Shown: positions 47,966 through 58,027 of the stretch, one piece after another | Numbering within the stretch: the first letter of the stretch is position 1 | Layout of the letters: every line of letters begins with the position of its first letter | Source: Nitrososphaerota archaeon | Lineage (GTDB): Archaea; Thermoproteota; EX4484-205; JAAOZP01 | Direction of reading: 5' to 3' | Assembly: GCA_011605725.1 (NCBI GenBank) | Contig: JAAOZP010000017.1 | Span: 352,001 to 416,000, forward strand | Length of the DNA: 64,000 nt | Translations under genes and position numbers: made by a program | Notes under the pieces: model-generated | Told to the model about the DNA's origin: nothing | Seen by the model: only the letters and a program-made list of their open reading frames with translations | Databases searched by the model: none

Positions 47966-48550
47966 TCACTGTTTAGAGAGGAAGGAGATTATCTCCCTGC
48001 AGAACTCTGGAAGATCATCGGGAACTCTTCCAGTTATTATGTTCCCATCCCTCACGGCAGGAACGTCTTCGAACATTGCACCAGCGTTAATCAGATCATC
48101 CCTAACAGCCTTATACGCTGTAACCCTTTTTCCCCTAACTATGCCTGCTGATATCAGCACCTGGGGCCCATGGCAGATGGCTGCTATCAGCTTCCCAAGC
48201 TGGTTCACTCTCCTAACCAGCTGAATTACCCTGCTGTCGGTTCGCAACGCGTCTGGGGAGAACCCTCCGGGGAAAAGAAGGCAGTCCACCTCCTCGGGTT
48301 TTATCTCTTCAAGCGTTTTTACGACGTAACGCTTACCTGGAGCCATGACTTCAAGCGGCACTGGCGTCCCGTATCTGCCGGACACCGGCTTCTCAGCAGA
48401 AGGCCTTGGGTGCAACCCCTTCTTAACCGGCACAATGGTGACGCTGGCTCCCTCCTCGCTCAGCCGCAGCAAAGGATATAGCAGCTCAACATCCTCGAAT
48501 TCGTTAGCCACAATTATAACTACATTCTTTCCACTCAGGCTCATGCTCAC
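47966..48550 (-). CDS. pfpI: PfpI/DJ-1 family peptidase/glyoxalase
   Basis: FEDVE, PGG, AICHGPQ. Confidence 0.88.
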   Translation of the reverse strand: MSMSLSGKNVVIIVANEFEDVELLYPLLRLSEEGASVTIVPVKKGLHPRPSAEKPVSGRYGTPVPLEVMAPGKRYVVKTLEEIKPEEVDCLLFPGGFSPDALRTDSRVIQLVRRVNQLGKLIAAICHGPQVLISAGIVRGKRVTAYKAVRDDLINAGAMFEDVPAVRDGNIITGRVPDDLPEFCREIISFLSKQ

Positions 48551-48708
48551 GGGAAAAGCATTTGACGTTTAAAAACTTTTCGAGCTTGAAGCGCGTGTCA
48601 ATATGCTTATCTTAATACATTTACTGATTTTAAACATGATAATGTTGCTATCGCCGTAAAAACCCGGTTGAACTCTTTAAGAGACAATGTGCCCACGCGG
48701 ATAAAAGG

Positions 48709-49722
48709 TTAAAGCATCAGGTTTCTGCTTTCCCTAGGATCTACAACAATACCCTCAATCGGCTTCTTATCCAAATAGTTGAAAATAGCTTCCACTATCG
48801 TCTCATCCATGGCGGTTAAAGATTCCCGAGTATACGCAGCTATATGAGGCGTAATCACGACGTTACCATGTTTTAGAAGCGGGTGGTCAAGCTCTATCGG
48901 CTCCTTCTCGACAACGTCTAACGCTACAGCGCTTACAACACCCTTATCAAGGGCTTCAGCAAGAGCATCCTGGTCTACGAGCTCCCCCCTCGCAGTGTTA
49001 ACCAGTATAATTCCCCTTCTCGCGTTCATCAGGTTTCCCCGGTTAATAATACGGTATGTCTCAGGGCTGAGACTTGCGTGAAGCGTAACTATGTCGCTTT
49101 CAGCCATTAGCTCAGCAATGCTGCCGACGGGAACAACCCCAAGAGCCCTCATCTTCTCCTCTTGAACATAAGGGTCGTAGGCAATCACTCTTGATCCAAA
49201 TCCCTTTCTAAGGATTTCAGCCACTCTAGAGCCGATATTGCCGAATCCCACTACGCCGACTGTGAGACTACTTAGGTTTCTGCCCACGAATTTAGCGCGC
49301 TCATGCCACCCGCCTTTTCTAACAGAATCATTAGCCTCTACGATGCGTCTAAGCGCGGAAAGCATTAAAGCCAAAGCATGTTCCGCAACAGCCTCCCTCT
49401 CCCTGTAGCCTGGCACAGCCACGATCTTCACCCCATGCTTTTCCGCAGCTTTCAAATCAATATTGTCTAGACCTATGCCGTGCCGAACAATCATAACTAC
49501 GTCCACATTATTTTTAAAGAATTCTTCACCGTAACGCGGTGTAACACTTGCCACGATAAAATGGTATCCAACTAGTTTTTCAGCCAACTCTTTCTCCAGA
49601 ACGTTCTTCGGAACCTCAATCTGGTCAACGGAGCATCTGGATTCAAGCCTGGTTAAAGCGTCAGTAAACCTTCCAAAGGATTTGGAGTTCACGACAGCTA
49701 CGCGGGGCTTCACTCTCTTCAC
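48709..49722 (-). CDS. D-isomer 2-hydroxyacid dehydrogenase
   Basis: VAEH, GFGNIG, NTARG, TPHIA. Confidence 0.9.
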   Translation of the reverse strand: MKRVKPRVAVVNSKSFGRFTDALTRLESRCSVDQIEVPKNVLEKELAEKLVGYHFIVASVTPRYGEEFFKNNVDVVMIVRHGIGLDNIDLKAAEKHGVKIVAVPGYREREAVAEHALALMLSALRRIVEANDSVRKGGWHERAKFVGRNLSSLTVGVVGFGNIGSRVAEILRKGFGSRVIAYDPYVQEEKMRALGVVPVGSIAELMAESDIVTLHASLSPETYRIINRGNLMNARRGIILVNTARGELVDQDALAEALDKGVVSAVALDVVEKEPIELDHPLLKHGNVVITPHIAAYTRESLTAMDETIVEAIFNYLDKKPIEGIVVDPRESRNLML

Positions 49723-50618
49723 CCTAAGCCTTCAGCATACTCGACATAGGGTTGGGAGATCCTCTTGACCTCAAGCTTCTCCTCCTCAGTAAGCTTTCTC
49801 AAAGGGATTGGAGACTCTCCAACGTCAACTCCCCTCAGCCTAAGTATTTCTCTGAGAACAACCTGTGTTTCAACACCGAATTTACTCAACTCCCTCCTAA
49901 TTCTGTTTATGATGTTTTGAAGCTCAATAGCCTTCTTAACATCCCTGTTTTTTACAGCAGCGTAAACCGCTAGAGGAATTTCTGGAAACGCGTTAGCTAT
50001 TCCACAGACATGGGCCCTGGCTCCGATTAGAAAAGCCACAGCTATCAGTGAGTCCCCGGCTCCCGCAACGTAATGAGTTCCCCCAAACATATCCACGTAA
50101 TTCTGCAGCTGCTCCAAATCGTAGCTCGTATCCTTCACGCCTATTACGCTCGGAACCCCCCTGGTTATGGATTCAAAATCGCTCGGCGAAATATTATACC
50201 CCTGCCTGCCCTTATTGTTATAAACCATTACTGGAACACCGGCTCTTGAAAGAAAACCATAGTATGAGATTAACCCAGCCTTGCCTGGCTTATGGTATAT
50301 CGGGCCTACGGAGCTGACTGCAGCAACACCTAGGCTCGCCGCATGCTTCGCAAGCTCGAGAGCGGTCTCCACGTCTGCCGCACCGACGTGAGCGATAATG
50401 CTCGCCCTACTGGGAGCAGCTTCAACCACTTTCTCAAGCATCTTTTCACGCTCGTTTCTACTTAGGAGCATTCCTTCACCATAGGTCCCGAGCACGAAAA
50501 AGCCTTTAACCCCTTTCTCAACCAGGAATCCTATTAGTGGAGCAACCCTCTCCCTGTCGACTTCAAAATCATTTTTAATTGGAGTTATTACTGCTGTAAC
50601 TATGCCTTCAGGATACAT
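49719..50618 (-). CDS. DHDPS/NAL-family aldolase (KDG aldolase-like)
   Basis: GTYGEG, YN, GVKDT Schiff-base Lys. Confidence 0.85.
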   Translation of the reverse strand: MYPEGIVTAVITPIKNDFEVDRERVAPLIGFLVEKGVKGFFVLGTYGEGMLLSRNEREKMLEKVVEAAPSRASIIAHVGAADVETALELAKHAASLGVAAVSSVGPIYHKPGKAGLISYYGFLSRAGVPVMVYNNKGRQGYNISPSDFESITRGVPSVIGVKDTSYDLEQLQNYVDMFGGTHYVAGAGDSLIAVAFLIGARAHVCGIANAFPEIPLAVYAAVKNRDVKKAIELQNIINRIRRELSKFGVETQVVLREILRLRGVDVGESPIPLRKLTEEEKLEVKRISQPYVEYAEGLG

Positions 50619-50645
50619 TATTAACTGGCTTAGTATAACCTGAAA

Positions 50646-52208
50646 CTATATAAGTTTTGTTTCAGTGTTTCTCAAACGTGCGCCAGCCTTTCTCCCAATG
50701 CTCCTAAACAGCTGAACTAGTTCAACGAAGACAGCGTAGTTCTCCTCGTAAACAGCCCTGTTCCTCTCAACTGGCACAACTCTCTCTTTAATACTTACCC
50801 ATTTACTTGAAAACTCTTCTATGCCGGCAAGGTTTAAAGCGTTGAAGGCTAGTGCTGCTGCACCGTAATTGGTAGCGTCCTCACCCCCAGCTACAACGTT
50901 AATCCTACAGCCGAGAATATCTGAAAGTATTTGCGCCCATATTCTGGATTTTGAACCTCCTCCTACAAAGTATACTTCGCCCAGGCCTATCGAGTTTTCC
51001 GAGAGCGCGTCGCTAATCGCCCTAATAACGTAGCCCACTCCCTCCATTATCGATCTTACGAAATGAGCTCTACTGCATCCTCTGGTGACGCCTATGAAAG
51101 CACCCGTTAAGTTTGGGTCTCTATAAGGAAACCTTTCACCCGTGAGAAAAGGCAGGAAGATAAGGCCTTCTGAACCCGGAGAAGCTTTTTCCGCCTCCAG
51201 GTCCAGAATACTGTAAGGATCTCTGCCGATCATGCTGCCGGCTAGAGTCTCTACCTGGCCGAAATTATCCCTGAACCATCTTAAACAGTCGCCACCGCTG
51301 TTCGAAGCACCTCCTAAAGCATAGAGACCGTTTGCCGCATAGTAGGTGAAGAACCGCATTTCAAGACTCTTGTCGAAAACAATTCTCCTTGAAAGCTTTC
51401 TAACAACCCCGGTGGTCCCGATGTTTAAAACAGTGCCTTTTTCAGTCAAGCCTAGGCCGAAGTTCTGCGCCGCACCGTCGAACGTCGCCAAAACGATCCT
51501 CGTGCCCGGTGCAAACCCGTATTCCCTGCTGACGCTAGACGGAACAGCGTCTAGACTTTTCCCACCCTCGCATAGCCTTGGAAACCTGTTCTCATCAACC
51601 CCAAGTAGGTTAAGTACTTTCTCACTATACTTGAGTCTTTTAAGATTAACAACCCCGCCTCCGCTGGCCGTGGCAAGATCTATATGCGGCTCCGTTGTCA
51701 AGCCGCTTTTCCACAGCAAGTAATCCTTACAGAATAAAAAATATCTTGCTTTTCTAAAGGTTTCAGGCTTCCTTTTCATAAACCAGTAAAGCTTATACGG
51801 CATGAATACGAATAGCGGCGGAGCCCCGGTTTCTCTGTAAAGCTCGTACGCGTCAGTTTTCTCCAGCAGCTCTTTTTCAACCTCCGCCGCCCTAGTATCA
51901 TGATGCGTCAACACCCTTGTTAAAGGAACCCCATCTTTGTCTACGAGGAGCACGCTATGGTTGTAAGCCGTCACGGAGATTGCTCCAATGCTCTCCCCGT
52001 ATTTTTTACCGAAATAACCCAGCATGAGGGTGAAAGACTCTAAGAGCTCTTTCGGCTCGTGTCCAGCAAACCTGCTTTCCAGGTGAAGCGTTATCTCGCG
52101 AGTCTGCCTGTCAACAACCTTTCCTTCACTACTTATGACGAGACCCTTCATATTGGTACTGCCGACGTCAATCGTAAGAACAAGGCTCATTTCCACGCCT
52201 ACTTTCAT
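50646..52208 (-). CDS. FGGY-family sugar kinase, gluconokinase-like
   Basis: IDVGSTNMK, DTRA, PFLTGER, EGV, GGGSKS. Confidence 0.85.
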   Translation of the reverse strand: MKVGVEMSLVLTIDVGSTNMKGLVISSEGKVVDRQTREITLHLESRFAGHEPKELLESFTLMLGYFGKKYGESIGAISVTAYNHSVLLVDKDGVPLTRVLTHHDTRAAEVEKELLEKTDAYELYRETGAPPLFVFMPYKLYWFMKRKPETFRKARYFLFCKDYLLWKSGLTTEPHIDLATASGGGVVNLKRLKYSEKVLNLLGVDENRFPRLCEGGKSLDAVPSSVSREYGFAPGTRIVLATFDGAAQNFGLGLTEKGTVLNIGTTGVVRKLSRRIVFDKSLEMRFFTYYAANGLYALGGASNSGGDCLRWFRDNFGQVETLAGSMIGRDPYSILDLEAEKASPGSEGLIFLPFLTGERFPYRDPNLTGAFIGVTRGCSRAHFVRSIMEGVGYVIRAISDALSENSIGLGEVYFVGGGSKSRIWAQILSDILGCRINVVAGGEDATNYGAAALAFNALNLAGIEEFSSKWVSIKERVVPVERNRAVYEENYAVFVELVQLFRSIGRKAGARLRNTETKLI

Positions 52209-52668
52209 TTTTCCAAGGCTCTTCTTAATAACCTCTTCGCCCTCCGAAGTGTTTCTCCAACCTTTTCATTAATGATTCTCACGTCTGAAAACCAGGGTAA
52301 CTCGTAGACGAAACGGGGAAATGTTGAACGTGTGGAACGATGGTTTTCAAGGTTGAGCAAGCAGGGCTTAAAGATTTTTATACGTTTCAAGCATTTCAAC
52401 TTCAGGTTGCCGCGTAAGGAGCCCCGAATACTTCTCGACGCCGAGGTCCTTGTGAGGCTCGCATACCTCACCATCACGGGTGAAACAGAGTTTAAAAACC
52501 TGGAGACGCTTAGGCTGGCCTACGAGCAGGGCGGAGGCCAAACCGTTGCTAGCGAGGCCACTCTAGAGGGCTCGCTGGAGCTGACGCCGATTGAAGACCT
52601 CCGAAGATTCTTTGAGGAAACACTGGGTTCTTCAAACAGTTTGAAGAAAGAGTAGAATGGATGTGACG

Positions 52669-54489
52669 CTATAGTTCTTCAAACTCGTATTCCTCAGTTT
52701 TCCTGGGCGCCGGCCTCCCTTTCAAACGAAGTATTTTAAACACTACTACTGCTAAAACTATTGAAAAAACACCGATTATTATGAGAACCACGTTCATCGA
52801 CATAGGTATTTTTATAGTCACCTCCCTCTCCGTCAGGAAGCTTACTCTAACAGTCGCCGAGTACCCTAGGTTGATTACTGTAACCGTCAGCTCTCCGCCG
52901 GCAACCCTGCTAATGTTGACAGTGCCGCTTGGCCCAGTGACGTATTTAGCCTGAGTATTGTTCGCGAATATTATTTTCAACTCAGCACCCTCTATGGGCA
53001 TTGAAAAAGGATCCACGATCCTGATGAACCCGTTTACAATGCTGCATGAAACCCTTATCTCCCTAGGGGCGTCGACATGCTCTATTCTAGCCTCGTCGAG
53101 AACATTCAGCCCCGCGTACTTAACCATCGTCAACCTGAAGCTTCCCCCAGTCATCCAGATGCTTCTTAAAGTCCCGTTGTAAACAGTGTTGTTTGAAAAC
53201 ATGCAAATATAGAAGGTGGGGTTGAACGGAGCATTATCCTTGTCGACGAAGCTCAAGTTAACCAGGTACTCCTTCCGGTACTCCGCCGTCAGCTCAAGGT
53301 CTCCCTCAACATTCAACACTATTTCTGGAGAAAGAGTCGTCAAGCCTTTCTGTTTCCATCCGGTGAAAACGTACCTCACCCCTTCAGTAGGACTATACGT
53401 CTCCTGTGCCCTGAGGGTCTTGGTTCCGTACGTAGTGTAGAAGACAATCCCGGTTTCATCCATTATTTCCTGGCGTTTGCCATCAAGCTCTACAGCCACA
53501 CCCGGTATGCTAAACACGCTTATCTTTGCAAGCCTAGCCGTGAAACTAGCCTGGCCGAAATTATTATCCTCATTCGAATCGTAAAACACGTTCAGCGCTT
53601 TAACCCATATTTTTACAACGTGAATACCCGCAGTAACATTAGTGATAGTCTTTTCGAAGCGTACTCGCTCCGACTCCAGCATAGGGGTTTTGAGCCTAAG
53701 CTGGCTGCCGGTAGTGTTCGTAAGCAGAGCATCGTCAAGCATGATGGTTATCAAGTAGTCCGGAATAGCAGCATCCCCCTTGTTTCTTAAAACCAAGACA
53801 AGAGTCAAGTTGGAGCCTGCGATAAGACTCTCCTTATCCAAGTATACTCCTTCAAGCATGATGTCGCATCTTGTCGCCCAGTTGTCAGGAGAAGAGACAA
53901 CTCCCCAGCTAGACGGGTTGCTTAGAAGAGCGTCAGCAGGCCAAGAATAATTAACCCCTACTCCGGAAGCGATTAGGGCGAACCCTAGTGTCCTAGGCGT
54001 ATTAGGATGAACATCCAGCTTCCATAAAGGTATGGATAGTTCAATAGTCCAAGAAACAGTTCCATTGACAATCCTGAAGATAATGTCGCCTGCAGACTCC
54101 TCAAGCCATTCATCCCCATGCCCGTAGAAATATTTTAACACGCCCGACCTGTTTACAGCAAGCCTCGTAGTTCCAACTGTGAGAACAGTACTGTTTAAAA
54201 CACCGGTGTTAAAAAGAAGGTTGACTGTCCTGCAAGCATTGTTCAAAACCATTGCGAAAAACAGGTGGCTGCCATTATGGACAGCATAGGTTTTCACCCA
54301 TGGTAGGCTGAGCTGTTCAACAGGATACTCTCCTGATGAAACAGCCCCGTCTACCCTAGGGCTTTTGTAAATCGGGATACTTAGCTCCGGCTCGGCTGAA
54401 GCATGAAGCAGCAAGCATCCGGCCGCGAGAAGCATGATTATAAGCAGTATTATCATACTGTTTGCAAACGGCTTCCTAAGCCTCCTCAT
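52669..54489 (-). CDS. Secreted, C-terminally anchored surface protein (DOMON/CBM9-like + CARDB + Ig-like)
   Basis: Signal peptide, PRVDGAVSSGEY, NKG..DSNEDNN, C-terminal TM helix with basic tail. Start re-set to ATG 54489. Confidence 0.7.
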   Translation of the reverse strand: MRRLRKPFANSMIILLIIMLLAAGCLLLHASAEPELSIPIYKSPRVDGAVSSGEYPVEQLSLPWVKTYAVHNGSHLFFAMVLNNACRTVNLLFNTGVLNSTVLTVGTTRLAVNRSGVLKYFYGHGDEWLEESAGDIIFRIVNGTVSWTIELSIPLWKLDVHPNTPRTLGFALIASGVGVNYSWPADALLSNPSSWGVVSSPDNWATRCDIMLEGVYLDKESLIAGSNLTLVLVLRNKGDAAIPDYLITIMLDDALLTNTTGSQLRLKTPMLESERVRFEKTITNVTAGIHVVKIWVKALNVFYDSNEDNNFGQASFTARLAKISVFSIPGVAVELDGKRQEIMDETGIVFYTTYGTKTLRAQETYSPTEGVRYVFTGWKQKGLTTLSPEIVLNVEGDLELTAEYRKEYLVNLSFVDKDNAPFNPTFYICMFSNNTVYNGTLRSIWMTGGSFRLTMVKYAGLNVLDEARIEHVDAPREIRVSCSIVNGFIRIVDPFSMPIEGAELKIIFANNTQAKYVTGPSGTVNISRVAGGELTVTVINLGYSATVRVSFLTEREVTIKIPMSMNVVLIIIGVFSIVLAVVVFKILRLKGRPAPRKTEEYEFEEL

Positions 54490-54542
54490 AGCTCCTATGC
54501 GTAGGGAAACTCTTAAAAAGATTTTTTTGCGGATGAAAAACA

Positions 54543-55748
54543 GTGATCGTGTTGAAAGAAGCATGCGTGTTAGCGTATTCAGGCGGGCTTGATACTTCAA
54601 CCATGATACCGTGGATAATGGAGAAATACGGCATGGATGTTATCGCCGTCATCGTCGACGTCGGCCAGAAAGAAGACTTTGAGGCTGCTGTCGAGAGAGC
54701 TGAGAAGCTTGGTGCATCAGAAGTTGTTAAAATAGATGCTAGAAGAGAGTTTGTTGAAAAATATGTTTTCAAAGCCATAAAGGCTAACGGCCTGTATGAA
54801 GGCGTTTACCCAATGGGCACTTCTCTCTCAAGGCCGCTGATAGCTTCAAAGATCGTTAAGGTGGCTGAGGAGAAGGGTGCTTCAACAGTTGCCCACGGCT
54901 GCACAGGGAAGGGTAACGACCAGGTTAGGTTTGAAGTATCAATAAGGTCGCTGAACCCTAGGCTTAGAATACTTGCGCCAGTCAGAGAATGGGGATTAAG
55001 CAGGGATGACGAGGTTGAATACTTGGGTAAGAAGGGTGTTAAAATGGATCCTGGGAAAAGCAGGTTCAGCATAGACGACAACCTGTGGAGCAGGTCTATT
55101 GAGGGCGGTGAGCTTGAAGACCCTTGGGTGGAGCCTCCTGAGGAAGCGTTCGTCTGGAGCAGACCAGTGTCCGAGGCGCCGGATAAGCCTGAGTACATGA
55201 CGATAGAGTTCGAAAAGGGTGTTCCCATAAGTCTGAACGGGGAGAGGCTTGATCCAGTTGAATTAATACTCCAGGTTAACAGAACAGCTGGGTCACATGG
55301 CTTCGGCAGAATAGACCACATGGAGGACCGTGTTGTCGGAATAAAGTCCAGGGAAGTCTACGAGGCTCCTGCAGCCTTAACACTGATAAGAGCACACCAG
55401 GATCTTGAGAAACTCGTTTTAACAAGGCTTGAGCTGGAGGAGAAGAGGAGGCTTGAAGCAACATGGGCCTGGCTCGTATACTCCGGACTATGGTTTGAAC
55501 CTTTAAGAATGGCTATTGAAGCATTCATAGACTTCACGCAGGAGAATGTTGACGGGGAGGTTAGAGTTAAACTGTTTAAGGGAGAGGCAGTAATCGTTGG
55601 AAGACGCTCAGCGAAATCGCTCTACGACGAGAAGAGAGCAACCTACTCGTCTCTTTCAAGGTTCGACCAGGCCTTGGCGAACGGTTTCATACAGCTTTGG
55701 GGACTCTCAACAGTGAGGGCGAACGAGGTGCGCCAGCGTAAAAGCTAA
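54543..55748 (+). CDS. argG: Argininosuccinate synthase
   Basis: AYSGGLDTS, HGCTGKGNDQVRF, GIKSREVYE. Confidence 0.97.
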   Translation: MIVLKEACVLAYSGGLDTSTMIPWIMEKYGMDVIAVIVDVGQKEDFEAAVERAEKLGASEVVKIDARREFVEKYVFKAIKANGLYEGVYPMGTSLSRPLIASKIVKVAEEKGASTVAHGCTGKGNDQVRFEVSIRSLNPRLRILAPVREWGLSRDDEVEYLGKKGVKMDPGKSRFSIDDNLWSRSIEGGELEDPWVEPPEEAFVWSRPVSEAPDKPEYMTIEFEKGVPISLNGERLDPVELILQVNRTAGSHGFGRIDHMEDRVVGIKSREVYEAPAALTLIRAHQDLEKLVLTRLELEEKRRLEATWAWLVYSGLWFEPLRMAIEAFIDFTQENVDGEVRVKLFKGEAVIVGRRSAKSLYDEKRATYSSLSRFDQALANGFIQLWGLSTVRANEVRQRKS

Positions 55749-55785
55749 ATTTATAAGCAAGAACATGAAGAATCTTCAACACTCC

Positions 55786-55959
55786 ATGAAGACGGAATGC
55801 GAGGAATGCCTAGCTGTGTTCGAGGTCTCGGAAGACGCGATAGTGGGTGAAGTAGTGACATGCCCCGAATGCGGCTCAGACCTTGAGATAATAGAGATAA
55901 GCGGCGACACCGTTAAGACGAGGAAGATTCAGCTCTCAGGCGAGGACTGGGGCGAGTAG
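55786..55959 (+). CDS. lysW: Amino-group carrier protein LysW
   Basis: CxxC..CPECG and C-terminal EDWGE. Confidence 0.95.
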   Translation: MKTECEECLAVFEVSEDAIVGEVVTCPECGSDLEIIEISGDTVKTRKIQLSGEDWGE

Positions 55960-55968
55960 GCGTAGGAA

Positions 55969-56823
55969 TTGCCTTTAAGCATTTTTTATGACCAGATAAG
56001 GTTTGAGGAGAAAGAGCTTTTCAAAGCAGCTGAAAACCTTTCAATACCCTTTAAAAGACTGAACGCGGACGATTTTTCATTCACACTCGGCAGGAGGACG
56101 CCTGAGATCCAGGATGTTGACACAGCCCTCTTAAGATGCGTATCATACTTCAAGTCGCTCCACCTTTCAAGCTACCTGGAGGGGGTTGGAATACGAACAG
56201 TAAGCTCCTTCAAAACACTGCAGATAGCTGGAAACAAGCTCTTCACGACAGTCGAGCTCGTGAAAAACAACGTGAAAACCCCGTTCACAGTGGTCTCCTT
56301 CTCCTACCAGTCTGCCCTAGACTCTTTCAACAAGACAGGATACCCAGCGGTTTTAAAACCCGTCATAGGAAGCTGGGGAAGACTAATCTCCCTTATAAAG
56401 GACAGGTATACTGCTGAAGCAGTGCTTGAAGACCGTTTATACATGTTCCCGCTTTACCAGGTTTTCTATGTTCAAGAGTATGTTGAGAAACCCGGTAGAG
56501 ATATTAGGGCAACAGTAATCGGGGATGAAGTTGTCTCCGCAATATACAGGGTCTCCCCGCCAGACCAGTGGAAGACAAACCTAGCTATAGGTGGAAAAAG
56601 CGAGAAGGCGGAGATAACCAGCGAGCTGGCTGAAATAGTTCTCAAAGCAGCCGAAGCAGTAGGCGGAGAAATAGTGGGGATAGACGTGATGGAGAGCCCT
56701 AGGGAGGGTTATGTTGTTAACGAGGTTAATCCTACGCCTGAGTTCAGGGGAAGCATGGAGGCCACTGGAATCAACATTCCCGAGAAGATTCTCAAGTACC
56801 TCGCGTCTAAAGCGAGAAGGTAA
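55969..56823 (+). CDS. lysX: LysW--glutamate/aminoadipate ligase (LysX/ArgX)
   Basis: RFEEK, KPVIGSWGR, QEYVEKPGRDIR, NEVN. Confidence 0.92.
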   Translation: MPLSIFYDQIRFEEKELFKAAENLSIPFKRLNADDFSFTLGRRTPEIQDVDTALLRCVSYFKSLHLSSYLEGVGIRTVSSFKTLQIAGNKLFTTVELVKNNVKTPFTVVSFSYQSALDSFNKTGYPAVLKPVIGSWGRLISLIKDRYTAEAVLEDRLYMFPLYQVFYVQEYVEKPGRDIRATVIGDEVVSAIYRVSPPDQWKTNLAIGGKSEKAEITSELAEIVLKAAEAVGGEIVGIDVMESPREGYVVNEVNPTPEFRGSMEATGINIPEKILKYLASKARR

Positions 56824-57195
56824 GAGTGTAGCGTGCACTATCAGCATTAGAATCATTTTTACGCTGCCCAGCTTATGTTAGCGTGCGGGCTACTCAGAAT
56901 AGGGTACGTTTTCACATACGCTTTGACTCCAAGTATAAGGAGGGATTAGAGGAGATAAGGAACCTTTTAAAAGATCTAGGCTTCCGTCCCCCTGAAATCC
57001 ATGAGTATTATAGGGAGGATAGAACCTATTACTATTTTATGAATCCCTGAGGAGGAACACTTAAAATTCATAGAGGAGATAGGATCTGAGAAGCCGGACC
57101 ATCGTGAGAAGTTCGAGGGTCTTGAAACAAATTTATGAAGAGAAAAGAAGAAAAAGGGGAGAGGGAAGATTAAAAGAGAAGCAGGGAGTAAAGAT

Positions 57196-57885
57196 ATGGA
57201 AACGAGGAAATCGGCGAAGGTATGGGGATGGGGCGACAAATTTGAGGACGTAAAGATTAATTGTGAAAGATACGTGGACAGAAGGTGGACGGAGACTACG
57301 AAGGAATGCTGCATCGGCATCATGGCAAGAGAGAGAAATAAGACGATATTTTACTTCATCGATGCATATACGAGTGACCCCAAAAGCGTTGGAAACCTGG
57401 CTGAAGGTCTATTCCAGGCAGCGCTTAGCCAAGGGGAAACTAAAGTCGACTTCGTCACAATAAGGTTCTATGATAATGTCGTATCTCGCGATATGCAGCA
57501 CCGCAAGTCTATTGAGGAAATTGAGGAAGAACTCAAGAAACGCGAGAAAGTCATTGCCAGCAGATTCATTAACGATCCGAAGGTGAGTGACGCAGCTAAG
57601 GGGAAAGAAGTTATATTTATTCCAGAGACCCGTTTGCTATGTGAGCTCAGATCTAAAGTGGCGAACAAGGTGATTATAGAGGCGGTTTATGGCTTTGGCT
57701 TTGAGGCCTTAAAGGATTTCATCAACTCTTTAGGCAATGAACTTATCAAGAGGCGTATTGCTGAAGGAGTTGCTGGTTACGAGTTGCGGGGAAGCGCTGA
57801 GGAACTCAAAATCAATGATGTTGATGATGGGTATGATGAGGTTTACGTGTACTTAGGTTTGAATCAAGCTAGCATTTTATTCTGA
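57196..57885 (+). CDS. Hypothetical protein inserted in the lys/arg operon
   Basis: 229-aa ORF with GGGAG upstream; no motif recognised. Confidence 0.7.
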   Translation: METRKSAKVWGWGDKFEDVKINCERYVDRRWTETTKECCIGIMARERNKTIFYFIDAYTSDPKSVGNLAEGLFQAALSQGETKVDFVTIRFYDNVVSRDMQHRKSIEEIEEELKKREKVIASRFINDPKVSDAAKGKEVIFIPETRLLCELRSKVANKVIIEAVYGFGFEALKDFINSLGNELIKRRIAEGVAGYELRGSAEELKINDVDDGYDEVYVYLGLNQASILF

Positions 57886-58017
57886 ATGTTTTAGCGTGCA
57901 TCGACTAGGGATGAATGGGCTTAGGTTACTTAGGGAGGCGTGAAGCATCTAGAAACTGTTCCGCTTTAAACTGATTTAATATTCTACTAGTTCTTTATTC
58001 CGCTAAAGCACCATTCT

Positions 58018-58027
58018 AGCGCGCGCT
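58018..58027. repeat. Perfect palindromic motif AGCGCGCGCT
   Basis: Intergenic, right flank of the insertion in the lys operon. Confidence 0.6.
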
